From the NCBI RefSeq assembly GCF_009834535.1, contig NC_045697.1:33916001-33980000 (forward strand): a stretch of 64,000 bases of DNA, in the 5' to 3' direction. The notes under the pieces were generated by a model. That model was not told the DNA's origin. It worked only from the letters and a program-made list of their open reading frames with translations, and did no database searches. How positions within the stretch are numbered: position 1 is the first letter of the stretch; each line of letters starts with the position of its first letter. The translations under genes and the position numbers were made by a program. Origin of the DNA: Camelus ferus. Its lineage: Eukaryota. Below, piece after piece: positions 39,442 through 52,300 of the stretch.

Positions 39442-39861
39442 TATTTGAATCACTTCAGATCTTGTGAAAATACATATTTTGATTCAGTAGTGCTATGTAC
39501 CTAAGGTGGGGCCTGAGATTCCAGGAACTACATCTTGAGTATAAATAATAAACCACTGTGTTTCCAAACCACTACACTGGACTGTGAGCATAAAGTTCAG
39601 TCTGTGCCAATGATTGTAACAGATGTTTGACTGTTAGCCCTGCAGGTTCTGAACCCGGGTCTAATTCATACATGAAAATTTTCCTTGGCCTGACGGTATA
39701 CATTTTATTCCCTGAATGTTCAGATTTTTAAAACAAAATTCATATCTTTTTGAAGCATTAAACCCTCATATTTATGGTCCACTTCATATTCCTCCCCTCT
39801 CCTGGAAGGAAATTGTCCACCTAGAAGACAAGTTAGGGAATTAAAGAAAAGCTGATTAGAC

Positions 39862-40648
39862 AAGCAATTCCATTGCTGGGTATATAGCCAAAGAAAACGA
39901 AAACATGAATTTCAAAAGATACATGCACCCTAATGTTCACAGCAGCATTATTTACAATAGCCAAAACATGGAAGCAACCTAAGTGTCCATCAAGAGATGA
40001 ATGGATAAAAAAGGTATACACACACACACACAATGCAATATAACTCAGTCATAAGAAAAAATGAAATTCTGCCATTTGCAACAATGTGGATGGAGCTAGA
40101 GAATTTGATGTTTAGATATTTTAATTTAGTTTCCTTTAGTATAGTTTAGAGTTTAGATATTTAGTGAAGTAAGTCAGACAGAGAAAAACAAATACTCTAT
40201 GTTACCACCTATATATGGAATCTAAAAAAAAAAAAAAAAACAAATGTATATAACAAAACAAATAGACTCACAGATAAAGAAAACAAACCAGTGGGTACCA
40301 ATGGGGAGGGGGGGAAGGAGGAGGTAGGGATATGAGATTAAGAGATTAAAAACTACTATGTATAAAATAGATAAGCAAAAAGGATATATTGTATTGCACA
40401 AGGAAATAAAGCCTTTTTCTGAGTAAAGATGGATTTATTTAGAGATACATACTACATAGAGTGTAGGCTGTTTCAAAAGGCAAGAGAAAGGCTACGAGGT
40501 GTGGGTGTTGGGTGCTCAGGTTAAAGAGCCATTGTTCTCTAATAAATTTAAAGGAAGTATAGTCTATAAAAATATTTACTCACTATGGTATATACATGAA
40601 ACTAATATAATATTGTGAATCAACTATATTTTAATTTAAAAAAAAAAA
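39862..40648 (+). mobile_element. L1 3' end (ORF2 end plus 3'UTR) with two internal insertions
   Basis: agcaattccattgctggg...atggaagcaacctaagtgtccatc...tcaactatatttt plus poly-A; degenerate TSD aaaagctgattagac / aaaagattatcagag. Confidence 0.88.
40414..40521 (-). mobile_element. About 108-bp polyadenylated insert (LTR R-region-like retrocopy) inside the L1
   Basis: The minus strand reads ...tatgtatctctaAATAAAtccatctttactcagAAAAA. The host L1 resumes at a partly duplicated aaa..agcc. Confidence 0.6.
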
Positions 40649-42379
40649 GATTATCAGAGAGTCAGAGAACCAACAGAGGGCTATGTCACTAAACTGATGT
40701 TAACAAGACTTAACAAGGACAAGGAAGATAAATGCTCCCCCAGATTTTCTTCTTGCAGTTGATCCAAATTGCCTAGCTCTTCCACACCTCAGGGCCCTTT
40801 TTCCTGTTCCGTTTCTGGGATACCACTTTCCCCGCATCACTCAGTGGATTTCATCTTTCAGTTTTCAGCTCAAATGTCACTCCCTCAGAAATGATCATCT
40901 TACCTAAAATAGATCCCCCACTTTTATTTTGCCCTTCAAACTGTCTCATAACCCCCATAAGTGCCAGAGCTCACTTTTTCCTTATACACCAATTTCAGTC
41001 ACTGTCAGTGATTAGTGAAACACATGGTTCACGGTGCAGAGCCATACATTATAAATATTTGCTAAATACCTAAATGAAAACCAAGCAGAATGAGACTCAA
41101 AAGAATATCAATGGATTTGATAATCAGTAAGTTATTAACACCCTTAGATGAGAATGTTTTCAGTCAGGTAGTGGAAGTGAAAGAATACTTTGAAGGAAAT
41201 TAAGTCTAGTCTTTTAAGGAGACTGGCCATGACAGGAAAAAAAAAAAAAGTTAGGAAAGAGCCAGGAAGCAGAGGAGTTGGAGGCTTATGTTAGGGTATT
41301 ATATATTTGAATGTTTCGGTGAAAAAAAGAGAAAGGATCACTGTCCTGAGCGAAGCTAAAAATGCAACAGACAAACTAGTTTAACTATCAAATTAATAGC
41401 AAAGCTTAAGTTCAGGAATTTAAATGAATACCCAAACCAAAAATGCAAGGAGATCTCCAATCACATAGAGAGAATGCTGATTCACAACTGAAAAATCACA
41501 AAGTGTGACATATAGTTATTTACAGACTTTAAGCATATAAATTAGTCATTCAATGAACCTATCCTATTACCAAGCTGTAATCCACATTCTTTTTGTTGTT
41601 GTTGTACTCAGATCCTTTTTTTTTTTTTTCCTTTTCTTTTTAAGGCTCAAGCATTAACAAACCAGAATCATAAGAGGTAATTTTATGTTTGAGAGACATT
41701 CTTAAAAGAGAGACACTGGGTCCTTGTGTCTTTAATACCTATTTCCCTGACAGCCTGATGGGAAATGGTGTGAAAACCAAAATTTGTCTGCACTAAGGAG
41801 TGTAGTATTTGTACTGATGATTATTCCTCTATATGAGCTTTTGAAAGTTACTGCAACCATTTTCAAGGCGTTTGAATCACCTGAATTCCAAGTAGAGTGA
41901 ATATATTCTTTTGTGAAAAAGAGGAAAAGCAATTTAGTCCTACTCAAATTTGAACAGAGTAGAAAAAATTTAAAAGAAGATTTCAAAATGCATTCCACTC
42001 TATAATTTAATTACTAGTTATTATATATTTTTTCTTTATTATATCATTAATTGTTTAAGATGTTCATACTACCTGTTTCCAAAAAGATTTCAGGTGGCTT
42101 CTCAATTAAAATAAATTTAAATGCTTACAAAGTAAAGCAAAACAAATTCCATCTTGAAATAACATTTTTAAAGATATATGGCAGTTTTGAATTACTTATT
42201 TATAATTAAAAGTGTTATGTTTCTCCTTCCATGTAAATTATAAACACCTTGGAATAAAAGATTATACTCTCCAATTATCCATGTGGTCCCACAAAGAAAA
42301 TTCTGCAATATATTCATTTTATTGTATTTTTTTTTAAATCACAATTGAGGAATGTGAAATTAATAATGGATTTAATAGT

Positions 42380-42860
42380 CAAAAGACCATATCAATATTA
42401 ACTATAGCTAAACTTTATGGAATGAAGTTCTAAGGTACTGTTCGGACTTATTTGTATTTACAGGTAAGAAAAAAGAGATTAAAAACAGTTAAATAATCTC
42501 ACATTTACATGACTAAGAAATAGAGAAGCTAGAAATTCAAAACGAGGTGCTCAAGCTTCAGAGCCCAATGACTAACCATTTAGGAAGGAAGTCTGAAATC
42601 CACATGGAGCCAACATTGCATAAAGAAACATAAGTTCTTAATTCTCCTCAAAGCTCTCTGAGACACGTGGTGTTATCCCGCTTTACAAATGGAGAAATTG
42701 GGATTTAGAGCCAGGTTCCATACAATCTGTGAGTATTGACAATTTACTTAATCTCTCTAAGGCTCAATTTCCTCATTTGTAAAATGGGTTAATATCAAGT
42801 ATCTCCTAAAATTTGGTGGGACAATTAAAAGAAAGCATATATGTAAAGTGCTTAGTAGGT
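42380..42860. mobile_element. MIR cluster (two antisense, one sense)
   Basis: tttacaggtaagaaa...gttaaataatct; tttacaaatggagaaattg; ctcaatttcctcatttgtaaaatggg. Confidence 0.65.
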
Positions 42861-42899
42861 AACAGATCGTCCACACGTAACATTTTATTGGAGGTGCTA

Positions 42900-43212
42900 T
42901 CTAAACGCCTCCCCAGGAATGTCTTTCTCAAGGACCTGGAGCCATCTCTTTGAAATGTAATCACCAAGAAAGATAAGGATCCTGTCTCCCAGTCTCTATG
43001 GGAGGATAAGAGCCAAACTTTCTTAAGTGCCGATTAGAAAACACAGATGGCCTAAGCACATTGAACAACCTCCCCAAAAAGATCTTCTAGTACTTTTCCA
43101 CCAATTCACCACAGGGCTTTACAAATCTCCCGCATTTTCTTACAGTGGAGTTACATTCAACCTCTCTCCCTGTTGCAAAAGTCTTCAATAAATCTTCCTT
43201 GCTTGTTTAAAA
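42900..43212 (+). mobile_element. MER34-like ERV1 LTR fragment
   Basis: ggaatgtctttctcaaggacctggagccatctctttgaaatgtaatcacc...aataaatcttccttgcttgtttaa. Confidence 0.7.
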
Positions 43213-44362
43213 TCAATCAGTAACCTAAGTGTTTTCCGTAATGGAGTAACAGTCTACCTAAAGCATTTGGTCTAAATCTACTTTTATCAGTATAACAACT
43301 TTGTGCAAACGAGATACAGAAGTATATATATATGTAGACATACATATATATATAGTAGACTTAAATTAAATTATTGCCCTATTCCACAATTCTTCATCGT
43401 AGAGTTGAGATTTTCATCATTTGACAACAACAAGGCAAGATTATGTAAAATGTGATTGATACCTGAGTGCCATTTTTATGGCCAAGAAAAGGTCAGTAGC
43501 TCCTTTTTATCATCTAAATTCCATGCAAGATGCATTATTTCACACACAATATTCAGGAATGAGATACAACAGATGATTATTTTGAAAATGACAGCGTTAA
43601 ACTACACTTGGCCTCTCTTTAAATTTTTACCAGTTTCATTAACTATAAAGTGACTTGTGCTTTGACTCTGGTGCTCTCCTCTCAAGCTCATTAATATACT
43701 GCTTTTATTTCTTGTAAAACTCATGTCAAACTGATTAAACCAGGACATAAGTTTAACAGTGCGGAATAGAATTGACGTCATTTTGTCAGATGGTCTCCTT
43801 GCCTGGAATCAGAAAACAGCCTGAGCCATGCATTCCAAATTTGGGATGTGTTTCTTTTGCCAGCCTAAGGACCACACAATAATATACATACTCTTTTTAA
43901 CAAGCTTACATTTTTTTCATTGGCTAAAATCTGTTTAGAATACGTACATGTTTTTGCCAGACTTCTTGTTTTGCCTTTCCCATCTGCCATTTCTGTTATT
44001 AAAAATGAGTGAAAATACATAAAGCTATCACTTGTGTTTATTTTATCTCTTCTTTTCATTCCAGAAATGTTTTATTAAACTTCCATTTTCCTTTTGCTTG
44101 CTTTATTTTAGTAATACACTGAGGGTTCTAAGTTCTTATGGCAAATACTGTTTTTTCCCATGATGAGTCATCAGGTGGGTGTTATTCAAACCAGCACATC
44201 AATGTTCAAAAGTTATAATAGAAGTGTATTCTTAAACATTTAATAAGATATTTTATTGAAGATCTTCTCAATGAGGACATTTCCAAGAGTTTCTGAAGGA
44301 CTCAATGAATACTCCAAAGAGAGAAGATTTGGTAGAAGTGAGAACTTGACTTATGATTCTTT

Positions 44363-44962
44363 TTTCTTTTTTTTTTTTTAATTAAGAAGTACAGTCAATT
44401 ACAATGTGTCAATTTCTGAATTTCTGGTGTACAGCACAATGTCCCAGTCTTGCATATACATATATATGTTCATTTTCATATTTTTTCCATTAAAGGTTAT
44501 TACAAGATATGGAGCATAGTTCCCTGTGCTATACAAAAGAAACTTTTAAAAAATCTATTTTTATACATAGTGGCTAATATTTGTAAATATCAAACTCCCA
44601 CATTTATCCCCTCCCCCCCTTTCCCTGGTAACCATAAGATTGTTAACTAAGTCTGAGAGTCAGTTTCTGTTTAGTAGATGAGTTCATAGTGTCTTTTTTT
44701 TTTTTTTTTATATTCCACACATGAGTGATATAAAGTATTTTTCTTTCTCTTTCTGGCTTACTTCACTTAGAATGACAATCTCTATTGTCCATCCATATTG
44801 CTCCAAATGGCATTATTTTACTGTTTTTTATGGCTGAGTAGTATTCCATTGTATAAATATACTACAGTTTCTTCATCCAGTCATCTGTTGATGGACATTT
44901 AGATTGCTTCCATGTCTTGGCTATTTTATATAGTGCTGCTATGAACATTAGGGTGCATGTAT
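44363..44962 (-). mobile_element. Young L1 3' end with 18-bp TSD
   Basis: TSD cttgacttatgattcttt (44345-44362) and cttgacctataattcttt (44963-44980), followed by AA (L1 endonuclease-type site); poly-T tail. Confidence 0.92.
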
Positions 44963-46399
44963 CTTGACCTATAATTCTTTAAGATGTGGTACACTTACCA
45001 TTTAAAGATAGTGATCCTTGAACAGACATAGACACAGGCAAACACATCGTAGAGCCATTCTTAGTTTCTCTTTTTTCACTCCCACTGCAATGTGAGTTCC
45101 TTGAAGCCAGTGTTCACAATTCCTTCTTGCTTATAGCCCTTATGTGCTTCACCCAGACTCTCAGTGTGTACTTTCTGAGTTACAAACAAGAAACTGAGGC
45201 ACAGTGAGATTTAAGTAACTTATGTGGGGGAGCAAATTAGAGTTTGTTAGAACAATCCTTATGACCTCTTTGTCCAGGCTCCTCTAAAAACCTGCAGTAA
45301 AAGCTAGATGTCCTCGGGAGGTGGCCAGACATCACTGAGAAATGCTAGAATTCTCTGAGGCATCTAGCATTACCAAATGTGGAAAAAATATGTGTTGTAT
45401 TCTACATAGTCTTGTTTTGCTGCAAAGCCTAGGACTTCCTGTATGTATTTTTAATCTCTAGTTGGTTTTGCATCATTTGAGTGGATTTGTTCGTCGGATT
45501 TTATACTTTCTGGATTACTCCATTTTATTAACTGCATTTTCCGGGCTCTGATCCCTCCCACTCTGCCCCCAATTCATTAATGGCAATGTGGCACAATAAA
45601 TAAGCCCCATCTGCTGGCCCATTTTTGTTGACCTAATGGAGTGGCTCATTAGAACAGTTGGTTTTTCCTTAATATTCACAACTGAATCTGATGAAGGCAA
45701 ATAGTGCTAAACTGTCCTTTTCCCTAGGCTGACTCAGTAGTGCTGCTGTTGTGTTATAGGCTCTGGGCTCACAATTCTGTCATAGTGCTTTCCAAGTTAC
45801 ATTATAATATGTCTGAATATAAAAGCTATGATTCCCCCACTGAAATGCATGGCTTCTTGAGGTGAAACCATATTCTGTTTATCTTATTATTCCTAAGCCT
45901 TAGCCTAATGCCTAGCCCATAATGTATATTCAATACATGTTTGTAGAGGAAAATGAACATTTTACAGTTTTGTTCATTTGCATGGTGTCATTCAATATAA
46001 AAGCCTCCTCTAATCTTATGAATGCTTATGAAGCATTTCATTTGTATAAATACTTGTGATATTTTTTTCCATTCAGAGTATGTTATTCAGTGTTCCTGTC
46101 TGTACCCTCAAGCTTAAATTTTGTAAAAGCGTATCTTTCCCTATATAAAATGTCATCATATATAAACTTTAATCACTGCACACCTCAACTCTGCTTTCTT
46201 CCCCCTTCCCAGACTCTCATTCAGATAAATCTGAATACCATGAGAAGGCATAGAGAGATGGTATCTTGGGATTAGAAAGATTGCCTGGCAGGGGGAGGCT
46301 CAAGGAAGTAGTCCATAAACTGATATCCTTCCTGGTCAATTAGTCCAGAGTCTACAGGAGCCTCTTGTCTAATGGAGTAAATTTCCATGACATACACAA

Positions 46400-47267
46400 G
46401 AGATCTACAAGACTTTCAAGAATTTTATGAGTAGAAATGACACCAGCTTGGACTAAAAGGTATAGTGAGAGGACAAAATGACAGAGGCTCCCAAAATTCT
46501 AAGGTGAGATACAAGCTGATACTCAAATGGAACCACATGCTACTTTTCATCGTAACAGAAGGATGATTCTGGGTCTGGGCTTTGGATTCAGATTGTGGAA
46601 CCTGGAGCCACTGAGGATTATTTCCAGGCTTTAAAATATAATGGAATTTGCCTGGTTGTATTTCTAAATTCCTTAGGGCCAGTGACTCCTTGTTTCTTTC
46701 CATTTTCTCCCTTTTTGAATGAAAATGTTTATTACTGGTTTCTTATGAATGTCCCACCACTGTATCTTGGGAGCAAGAAAACATGTTTTCTTGTTTCACA
46801 GGTCTACAGACAGAGAGAATTTCTTGTCAAAGATGGATCATAACTAATTGAGACAATTTGGATGATTAGATGATGAACTTTTTCTTTAATTGAAAAATAG
46901 TCAGTTTACAATGTGTCAATTTATGGTGTACAGCATAATGTTTCAGTCATATATACATACATATATTCATTTTCATACTCTTTTTCATTCTAGGTTACTA
47001 TAAGATATTTCTGAATATAGTTCCCTGGGCTATGCAGAAGAAACTTGTTGTTTATCTATTTTATATATAGTAGTTAATATCTGCAAACCTCAAACTCCCA
47101 ATTTATCCCTTCCTACCCAAATGATAAACTTTTGAGCAGATGAGACCCCAGTGAAATTCTGGACTGAGTTAATGCTGAAATGGTTTGAGACTTTTGGAGA
47201 CCTTGAGATGGGGTAATCCATTTTACCTCTGGAATGAACATGAATCTTTGTGGATGAGAGGGCATGC
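46400..47267 (+). mobile_element. MLT1 internal region (3' part), interrupted by an L1
   Basis: gaggattatttccaggctttaa...; gttaatgctgaaatggtttgagacttttggagac...gagagggcatgc directly before the LTR. Confidence 0.75.
46883..47120 (-). mobile_element. Young truncated L1 3' end with 13-bp TSD
   Basis: TSD atgatgaactttt (46870-46882) and atgataaactttt (47121-47133). Confidence 0.9.
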
Positions 47268-47752
47268 TGGGGTAGCCTGAATGATGCCCCTCAAAAGATG
47301 TCCATGTTCTAATTCCCAGAACCTGTGAATAGGTTACTTTATATGGCAAAAGGAATTTGTAAATGTAATTAAGTTAACAACCTTGAAGCAGGAGATTATT
47401 CTGGATTATTCAGTGGCTCCAATGCAACACGTGGGTCCTTATAAGAGGGAGGCAAGAAGGTCAGAATCAGAGTGCTGAAGCATAAGAAAGTCTCAACCAG
47501 CCATCGTTGGCTTTGAAGATAGAAGGTGGTCATTAGCCAAGGGTTGTGGGTGGCCTCTAGAAACTGGAAAAGACAAGGAAACAGATTGTCGTCTAGAAAC
47601 AAGAAGATCACAGCCCTTACAACACCTTGATTTTAGCTTTTAAGATCCAGTTTCAGATTTCAGACCTCCAGGACTATAAGATATTAAAATTTTGCAGTTT
47701 TAAGCCCCCACACTTTTGGTAATTTGTTACAGGAGCAATAGAAAACTAATAT
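47268..47752 (+). mobile_element. MLT1C/D-like LTR
   Basis: aaagatgtccatgttctaattcccagaacctgtgaat...ggtaatttgttacaggagcaatagaaaactaatata. Confidence 0.88.
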
Positions 47753-48139
47753 AGGTAGAAATTGGCATTAAAAGAAAGAAGCACCTATTTTTCCAGATTT
47801 CTGAATGGACAAGAGGAATGGGCATGACAGGAAGAGAACAACACACTTATCATGAGACAGTGCAATTTAAGCAAGTTTTGTTTAATGAAATGTGGCAATG
47901 TCAACAGCCATTGGACATCATCTGAAGTATAGTAGGTAAGACTATTAGTTCTGGAGTTAGAAAGTGCTGACTGTGAATTTCAGCTTGGCCATACTCTTCC
48001 TTTTGTTAGCCCAAGTTTGCTCATTTGGAAAATGGGGATATGAATTTTTACTTCATGACATCAATGCGTTGATGAACTGAGAAAATTCTGCAAATAATTT
48101 AGCATGGGTCCGGTTCATAGAAATCACTATTAGAATCAA

Positions 48140-49300
48140 CCTTTTTATTCAATCATTCAGCAAATTAACTTAGTGCATATTTTATCTCAGTCACTGTCAC
48201 ATGCTGATGATAAAGCAGGGTTCAAAAGATACAAAAATCCCTGTCTTTGGGTCATTTATATTCTATTGCAAGTATTATGTATTTAACTAGATAAGAAAAC
48301 AGAAGTATTTTGTATAATACATAGGAAAAGTGTTCAGGAGAAATATAGAGAAAGGGAAATTGATGGTAGCTGGAAGCATGCTTATTTGCAAATGGCAATA
48401 AACCAATACTGAAGGAAGAGCAGATGATGCAGGAGAAAGAAGGCAGTAGTGTCTTGTTTTAGGTGAGGAGAACCAGGATCCATGCACAAGTCTTAGGCAG
48501 CTGACACATATAGCTCATCTGCAGTTAGGAGATAAGATAAAGTCTATGGAACAGAAGCAGGTGGGAAGGGGTTCATGATCTGAGAGTGTGTGCAAGTTCT
48601 CTTCCAATGGCTTCTAGTTTCTAGGTGAATAGGTAGGTATGTCATCAGCTGAGAGTAGGAACTGGAGGGAGATGTTCAATGTCAGGAGAATAAGCCAGAA
48701 GGAAGAAAGAGTCATCCAGAAAAAGTGGAAGGTACCTAGACAAGGTAAAGGAGGATTGATCAGGCAGCCAAACTAAGTGCATTCTGTCATTATGAATTTA
48801 AAGGAGATTGATCAGTTTGGTCATTGCTTTTCTCTATCCATTTTCCACTATATAGATGGATGCAGGGTTGGCAGATATAAAGATTTAACCAAGGCTATAC
48901 TTTAGCCAATGTAATGCAACAAAGAGAGAGATTGGTAAGAGAATTTGAGATGTAGTGAAGGCGTGGTTGTAGTGACTGAGCTTAAAATTAAACTGGGCAC
49001 AGTAGGAAGGGAGCATGTATGGGTGAAAAAACATACTGAAAAGGTGGTAGGATCAGTGCAATGTTGTCCTGGTGGGCTCAGAGACTTGTTGGAATTAAGG
49101 TACAAGAAGGAGCAAATTGAAATATAGGAGGAGGCACCTGGAGAGTGTTATGTTTGCTTTTGAAATGGAGTTATTGATCGTGACAGTCAAGAGTGTGACT
49201 CTGACAGTGAGTGGCTGGGACAGGGCAAATGACAAGATAATTGGTGAAGAGATTCAGGATCTGAGAGACCGTAACATTGGATAGATCCCCATTGTACTTA
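48140..49300 (-). mobile_element. L2 LINE fragments
   Basis: Begins with an antisense L2 terminus (attcaatcattcagcaaatt); purine-rich L2 body motifs (tcatcagctgagagt). Confidence 0.6.
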
Positions 49301-52300
49301 AGGAAGATGGAATTTGGAGTTTTGCTTAGGAAGGGGTTATCCATCATAGTATAGCTTTCTGTTTCTGTTTTTAGTAAAGTCATTCAACACTCCATAGCAA
49401 AATGGCTTGTCTTTGACACACTTCATTTACAATTACTATAGCCAAAAACCAAAACAGATTTTTATATATGTATACCTTACGTTATGGGAATGACTGCTGG
49501 ATGAATACCGTTAATAATAAAGGTGTCACCCCTGGATTCAAAAGCTCTTTCCAAACAACTGAATCCTCAGAGCTTTGCACAATGCCATGAAATAGTTATT
49601 CAATGAATATGTATTACTTTAATAAAGAGTATATGACATACTTAAAGTCACAACTTCAGCTGATTTTATCTAATGTTAACCACATCTTTAGAAAGGCATC
49701 TCTAGTACTTTAATTTAACATAAATACTTTGCTTAATATAATGCATGCACTTAATTTCTCCCTGTTACCTGCATTTCAAGCAGCCAGACTGGTTAATTAT
49801 GTATTAGCCAGCTAGTGCAGCCATTATCCAGTTTTACAATTTTAAAAGATCACAGCGATTAGACATGCTACATGTCAACAAATACAGATTACTGATATTT
49901 AATTGGAGATATGTTTCTCTTAAACTTTGAATGAATTTTATGGCTAGTCATTCTCCTTAAAATATGTCTGAAATCACCTGCTTTAAACCAAACAATGTCT
50001 TTTAAATATACTAAGTCGTATGAAACTGAAATTATGAAAAGTTTTTAAAGCATAAGAAAATATGGAATAATAAAGGAAACAATCTCATAGAGCCCATTAT
50101 CTTGTACTTTTGAGTGGAATTTACCAAAGAGCCAATACAAAATTTTTTTATAAGCTGTTAAAGTTGAACGAGAAATTTCACCTGCAAAAAATGTAAACCT
50201 AAGTCTGCTTCTGGACGCTCACTGCTTTTGAAGGCAAAGTTTACAACATGCCTACTTAGACACTACTGCCTCTGTGGACTGAAAAGTGGACACTTTTTAA
50301 TGCAGAGCCAGGAAAAGACCATTTATTCTTTGTCATTTTTTCCTATAGAATGGAATGATGAGTAAAATAAGACTCCTGTCTGTGGTTACCTATTAGGAAA
50401 AGGCAGTGGAAACACCAGTGTTTTCACAGAGGTGTATTCCACCATATTGGAAATGTGCTGTTTCTTAAGCTGAGTCATGGGTATAAATATTTTATTATTA
50501 TGCTTAAAATGCTTAGATTTGTTACAAATATTTTTAAATATATGAATTATTTTATAAATGAAAATTATAAAAAATAAAAATAATCTAGCTAAAGCTTAAT
50601 AGATCATGGATTAAAGAGGAAAAATGCTAACCCCAAAATAGCATATATACTTATTTTTGGTGGCATATAATACTTGCCTTCCATCCTGTCCCAATCTTTT
50701 GGAAGAGTTTAAGCATCTTCTGCTTCATCCTGTTTTAGACTAACTGGTGTAGAAGAGTATCCCTGCAGCCTTGAAGGAATCAATGAGGGTCCCCCCATCC
50801 TAATCCAACATGTAATGCCCTCTACAAGAAGTGCTCTGTCTCTAGTCTCTCCATCCTCAACACCCCGAGTTTAAACTAGGTGCTGGAGATCTTGGCCCAC
50901 CCTTCATTCATCCAATAAGTATTTTTTGAAAATCTTATATGGATAAGGAACCCCAATTTTTGAGATCCCTTCCATCCTATGTGAATAATCTGCTTTGGGT
51001 TTCATGAGTACATAAACTGTTTTAGTAACCAACTGGTTCCTATGGAGAAACAAGATAATTAGAATACATTCAGAGAACAGAGCTAGTGAAAGGAAAAATA
51101 ATCACAGAATTGACAGGCTGTCTCAGACAGGTCATTTCCTTTGCATGGCACCAGCGTTTAATTTCCAAAGAGCGGTCTCCCAAGCTTTCTTAACCAGTGT
51201 GAGTAATAACTCTCCCCCAGTAATGGAAAAATCCTGTCTTAGAACTCTCAGGAATTCTCAGAGCTTTATCAACACTAGTTCCTCTGAACTGGCCACTTTG
51301 CAAAAAAGAAGTAGACACTGGCCGGCTGGTTGGGTGTCTGCCCATGTGAGCAGGACAAGCCCGGAGTGTCCATCAGCACCAGTGTCAAGGTGTCAAGGGC
51401 CCAGAGCACGGTTGCCGCACTCAGCCCCTCTCTAATGGGTCACATGTCATGGGTCTATGAAGTGGGCACACAGAGCTTGGAACAGAAAAGAAATGAGACC
51501 TCTTCTGTGTCCACCTCCCATGTGGACACCCTGTAGGCAGACTTTCCTGAAGAAAAATGCTGTTCCTGTAGGCTTTTAAGTGTGTCATCTATAGCCACTC
51601 CTTGGAAGACTGCGTAGTTTAAGAAACTAAACTATTCCAAGCACTTCTAACTATGAGAAATTATTTTCTCTGCCTCCCCACCCCAGGGCATTTAATGACT
51701 CTAAAAATCTACCTCCTGCCCTCCCACTCCAGGAAGCAGTTTCCTTCCTGCTTGTTTCCAACTTGCAAGGAGTTGTTCAACGTGTAAGATGTTTTGATCC
51801 ACTGGTCAAATGCCACTAACCATGTCTCCCTACATCTGAGCAGGGCAGCCTATGATCGTCACCATTTCAGTTAGTTATTAAGCTTCTCCACCCCCACACC
51901 CACTTCTTGCTGAATACCCAGACACATCATACGAGGATGATGGGGTCAGGGCAGAAGGGTGAGGAGGAATTTTTGAAGCACGTGAAAAGAGGGAGATGTA
52001 AAGAAACGACAATGCCTGTTTCCGCTGTTAACAACCATCATTCCTTCCTCTCAGTGAGTGATTTAACACAGAGGTGCCCCGGTTGCCGGTGGCAACCCTC
52101 CTTTGTGACACACTGACAGTACCCAGCGTATCTTCCCTCCCTGGTCCCCTGGGCACAACACCAGATTGCCATGCATATTGATTTCTCTCTCAGCCCATGG
52201 AGAATCACAGCTGCCCCCTCAGAGCGTAGGTTGGAGGCAAAACCTCACTCCCAAGCAGGACAAATGTATGCTCACAGCACTACTCTTGGAACCACTTCAT

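Noticed and set aside
45341..45371. 9-bp inverted repeat aatgctaga/tctagcatt
   Set aside because: Short stem compatible with chance.
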